This document shows positions 61,347 through 64,000 of a stretch of 64,000 nucleotides of DNA, one piece after another (position 1 is the stretch's first letter; each line of letters starts with the position of its first letter). This DNA comes from Candidatus Nanoarchaeia archaeon. Lineage in GTDB: Archaea; Nanobdellota; Nanobdellia; Woesearchaeales; GW2011-AR9. The position numbers and the translations under genes were made by a program. Below the pieces are notes generated by a model that was not told the DNA's origin, searched no databases, and saw only the letters and a list, made by a program, of their open reading frames with translations. The stretch is from the NCBI GenBank assembly GCA_035289385.1, contig DATDXI010000066.1:1548-65547 (forward strand), written 5' to 3'.

Positions 61347-64000
61347 ATGAAAACGAGAGGATTGATAGTACTGATGCTTATTGCAGTTCTTATTATCTCT
61401 ATGAGTTCCATCGCTGTCCTAGAGCAGACGAATGACCAAGGCAAGATCGAAGTTATTATCCTTCTTCATGATCATCCTGTCAAGAGCATTTCATCTGCTA
61501 CGGTAGCGTCAGATGATGGTCATGCGGAGAAACAAGAGCGCTTAGAGCATAGGAAAGAGATGGTCCAGGATGCGCAGGAACGTTTTATTGCCAAAAGCAT
61601 GAAGCAGGGAAAAGGAGCAAAGAAAGCAGATGCAAAAATATCAGAGCAAGATCTTCCTTCACTAGAAGTGGAGCAGCAATTTACCTATATCAATGGCTTG
61701 AGTGCAAAAGTAGCGGCAGATGATGTAGAAAGATTACGCAACGATCCAGAGGTGCGTGGTGTTTTCATCCCGATAGAATATCATATCCTACCAGAAGAGG
61801 TGCCTTCTGATACTCTTGGTGATGCTGCTGATGGCCCGATCAGTATTACTCTCTCCACCAGTGTTCCCAGCATTGGTGCGACGCAAGTGAAGAATACGTA
61901 TGGCCTTACTGGGCAGAATGTTACCGTAGCAGTCATCGATACAGGAATAGATTATACTCATGATGATTTAGGAAATTGTACTGCCGTTGGTGGAAGTTGC
62001 AGGATACAAGGTGGTTACGATTATGTGAATAGTGATACGGACCCGAAAGATGATCATGGCCACGGTACCCATGTAGCTGGAATCGTTGGAGCGAATGGTT
62101 CTCTGGTGGGAGTTGCTCCTGATGTTACCTTTTTAGCGTATAAAGTATGTAATTCAGCAGGCTCTTGTCCATCTGAAGCGAATATTATTGCAGCGGTTGA
62201 TGCTGCCATCGGCAATTCTAGTGATGTCATCAGCATGTCTATAGGTGGAGAGAAGAATCCTAACAATGGCTTAAGCGCGTTGAGTGCAGCGTTAAGCGAT
62301 GCCGTTGCTCAGGGAGTAGTGGTAGTAGTTGCTGCCGGCAACAATGGACCGAGTACAGGCTGTGTCTCTTCTCCCGGAGATGCTGTAGATATTATAACGG
62401 TTGGAAATTCTAATGATCAAGGCACGACGGATGTCTCTGATGATACGATTGTTTCCAGCAGCTGTTCCGGACCAAGCGCTTTTGGCAGATTAGATCCTGA
62501 TCTCGTTGCTCCAGGAAATTCTATCACCTCTACCTGGCTGAATGATGCAACGAATACTATCAGTGGAACATCCATGGCCACTCCTCATGTTTCAGGAGCT
62601 GCTGCGTTATTGTTGGAATATAATTCTACGTTAACTCCAGCTGTGGTCCGGGGAATGTTAATGCATACTGCTTCAACCATCAATGAGCATCTCTTTGAGC
62701 AAGGTTCTGGCATCGTTAATGTTACAAAAGCGATAGAATATAATTTGACGGTGAATGTTTCGGGGTCAGATAGATGGGAAACGACAGCTGCTAAAGGCGA
62801 GCTGCTTTCAAAGAATATAACGGTGAAGAATACAAATGATTTTGCGGTGAATATCACTATCTTTGCAGATGATCTTACCACTCTGGAAGGGGATTTCAGC
62901 ATGGGCAATTCTTCATATACGTTTCCTGCCATCATCGTTCCTGCAAATTCTGAAACAACTGTCCAGCTGAATTATTCTGTCCCAGCGAATGCCAACGCTT
63001 CTATTTATGGCTCTACCTTAGATATTCGCTCAAATAGGTCGCACTTCCTTCGGGTTCCCGTCGTTATTTCTGTTCAGCAATCGCTGAGCGGGACGATCCA
63101 GGGGATAGTGGATAAGAAACGGTCATCTTGCTCCAATAGCGCATGCGGCGACAAAGTGATGTATTATTTTTCTGTTGGAGGAACTAAACAAGTAAATCTG
63201 TCTTGGATAAGTACCAACAATGATCTGGATCTTTACATCTATAATTCCAGCGGGACACAGATAGCTGTTTCTGGGCAAGGGACGACGGAGATAGAAAATG
63301 TCACGCTCAATTCAACGTATAGCCAGTTCTGGGTCATGGTCCACTCCTTCACATTAGCTAGCGATAGCAGTGACTTTTTGTATAATCTTACCTTAGCAAC
63401 AACTCAGCAGGCTGCTACCATCACTCTTACTGCTCCCCAGAATAGCTCGTACCATCGCAGCAGTTTTAATCTGAACCTCAGCATTAGCGATGCCAATACC
63501 ATCTCTGAATCTAATTATACTATCACTAATTCTTCTGCAAGAGTCGTGCAGAGTGTGGTGAACGAGACGGTTTCTGCAACTTCGTTAACATGGACGGATC
63601 TGGTGAATGTTTCCAATTCTACGTTTACTGATGGGAATTATACGCTGACTGTTTTTGTCAATGATTCAGAGAATAATTATACGGAACAATCCTTCCTGTT
63701 CGTTGTTGATAAGACTGGGCCAGCACTTTCTGATATCCTTCTTGCACCAACAACCGTGTATAATAATAACACCGTTTCATTCCGGATTAACGTGACGGAC
63801 AGCTATCTGAACACTTCTGCAATCTTCCTTCAATCAAACTTTACTGGGTCGATGGTAAATTATTCTCTTGTCTTTGAATCCGGCGATAGGTACAATTATT
63901 CAGTGGGAGGAACAGCAAACTTCAGCAACCAGGAAAATGTTTCTTACCAAGTTTATGTTGTAGACCAGGCAGGAAACATCAATAGTTCTGGCACATTTTC
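61347..64000 (+). CDS. Secreted subtilisin-like serine protease (peptidase S8) with long C-terminal extension; 3' end beyond the window, so it is absent from the ORF track
   Basis: Open frame from ATG 61347 to the window end. Signal peptide MKTRGLIVLMLIAVLIISMSS. Catalytic triad motifs VAVIDTGID (Asp), DHGHGTHVAGIVGA (His) and GTSMATPHVSGAAALL (Ser). The antisense ORFs 62054-62266 and 62585-62935 are shadows. Confidence 0.85.
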   Translation, partial: MKTRGLIVLMLIAVLIISMSSIAVLEQTNDQGKIEVIILLHDHPVKSISSATVASDDGHAEKQERLEHRKEMVQDAQERFIAKSMKQGKGAKKADAKISEQDLPSLEVEQQFTYINGLSAKVAADDVERLRNDPEVRGVFIPIEYHILPEEVPSDTLGDAADGPISITLSTSVPSIGATQVKNTYGLTGQNVTVAVIDTGIDYTHDDLGNCTAVGGSCRIQGGYDYVNSDTDPKDDHGHGTHVAGIVGANGSLVGVAPDVTFLAYKVCNSAGSCPSEANIIAAVDAAIGNSSDVISMSIGGEKNPNNGLSALSAALSDAVAQGVVVVVAAGNNGPSTGCVSSPGDAVDIITVGNSNDQGTTDVSDDTIVSSSCSGPSAFGRLDPDLVAPGNSITSTWLNDATNTISGTSMATPHVSGAAALLLEYNSTLTPAVVRGMLMHTASTINEHLFEQGSGIVNVTKAIEYNLTVNVSGSDRWETTAAKGELLSKNITVKNTNDFAVNITIFADDLTTLEGDFSMGNSSYTFPAIIVPANSETTVQLNYSVPANANASIYGSTLDIRSNRSHFLRVPVVISVQQSLSGTIQGIVDKKRSSCSNSACGDKVMYYFSVGGTKQVNLSWISTNNDLDLYIYNSSGTQIAVSGQGTTEIENVTLNSTYSQFWVMVHSFTLASDSSDFLYNLTLATTQQAATITLTAPQNSSYHRSSFNLNLSISDANTISESNYTITNSSARVVQSVVNETVSATSLTWTDLVNVSNSTFTDGNYTLTVFVNDSENNYTEQSFLFVVDKTGPALSDILLAPTTVYNNNTVSFRINVTDSYLNTSAIFLQSNFTGSMVNYSLVFESGDRYNYSVGGTANFSNQENVSYQVYVVDQAGNINSSGTF

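Noticed and set aside
62054-62935. Two minus-strand ORFs (62054-62266 and 62585-62935)
   Set aside because: They are antisense to the S8 protease frame, which carries unambiguous catalytic motifs. The same reasoning applies to the many antisense ORFs inside proS, hppA, topA, elp3, alaS and others in the track.
1-64000. CRISPR arrays, rRNA genes, integrases or transposase genes
   Set aside because: No regularly spaced direct repeats with unique spacers were seen, and no rRNA-like conserved segments. No ORF carries recombinase or transposase motifs. The MITE-like elements are non-autonomous.

Overview
This window is a low-GC (about 40%) archaeal chromosomal segment. Supporting this are an archaeal-type prolyl-tRNA synthetase, the cluster rpoE'-spt4-S24e-S27ae, the cluster L21e-rpoF-COG1491, Elp3, diphthine synthase, archease, an archaeal-type topoisomerase I, an intron-containing tRNA-Gly, an initiator tRNA with an A1:U72 pair, and a minus-strand SRP (7S) RNA that the ORF track cannot show. 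The mix of archaeal core genes with many bacterial-type acquisitions suggests a small-genome (DPANN-like) archaeon (inference). The acquisitions include a sigma-54-type AAA+ activator, a bacterial-type short AlaRS, a Bac_transf sugar-transferase domain, SppA and an S8 protease. Housekeeping genes (ftsZ 3' end, proS, H+-PPase, mgtE, dcd, topA, alaS, a VIT1 transporter, an IscA fusion) are interleaved with accessory material. (1) A family of roughly 165-220 bp MITE-like elements has 15-bp terminal inverted repeats and 8-bp target-site duplications; there are three copies plus a solo end. (2) A regulatory or defence-like island is bracketed by two tandem-domain Lrp/AsnC paralogs. It contains a RelA/SpoT-domain (small alarmone synthetase or toxSAS-like) protein preceded by four copies of a GCGCATTTT-type motif, a B12-type radical SAM protein and a Doc-like toxin. 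(3) Several toxin-antitoxin-like remnants are present: an AbiEii/AbiEi-like pair, a DUF4258 pseudogene with a DUF2283 partner, and a frameshifted RelE/YoeB-like toxin. (4) An unusual aspartate-racemase / FemAB-like / PurD-like ATP-grasp gene cluster lies next to the ribosomal/RNA polymerase operon. (5) Tandem partial copies of the initiator tRNA 3' end sit next to the tRNA, looking like att-site scars. (6) An 803-aa lipoprotein combines an internally duplicated unknown domain with an amidohydrolase-like domain. The window ends inside a large secreted subtilisin-like protease gene.
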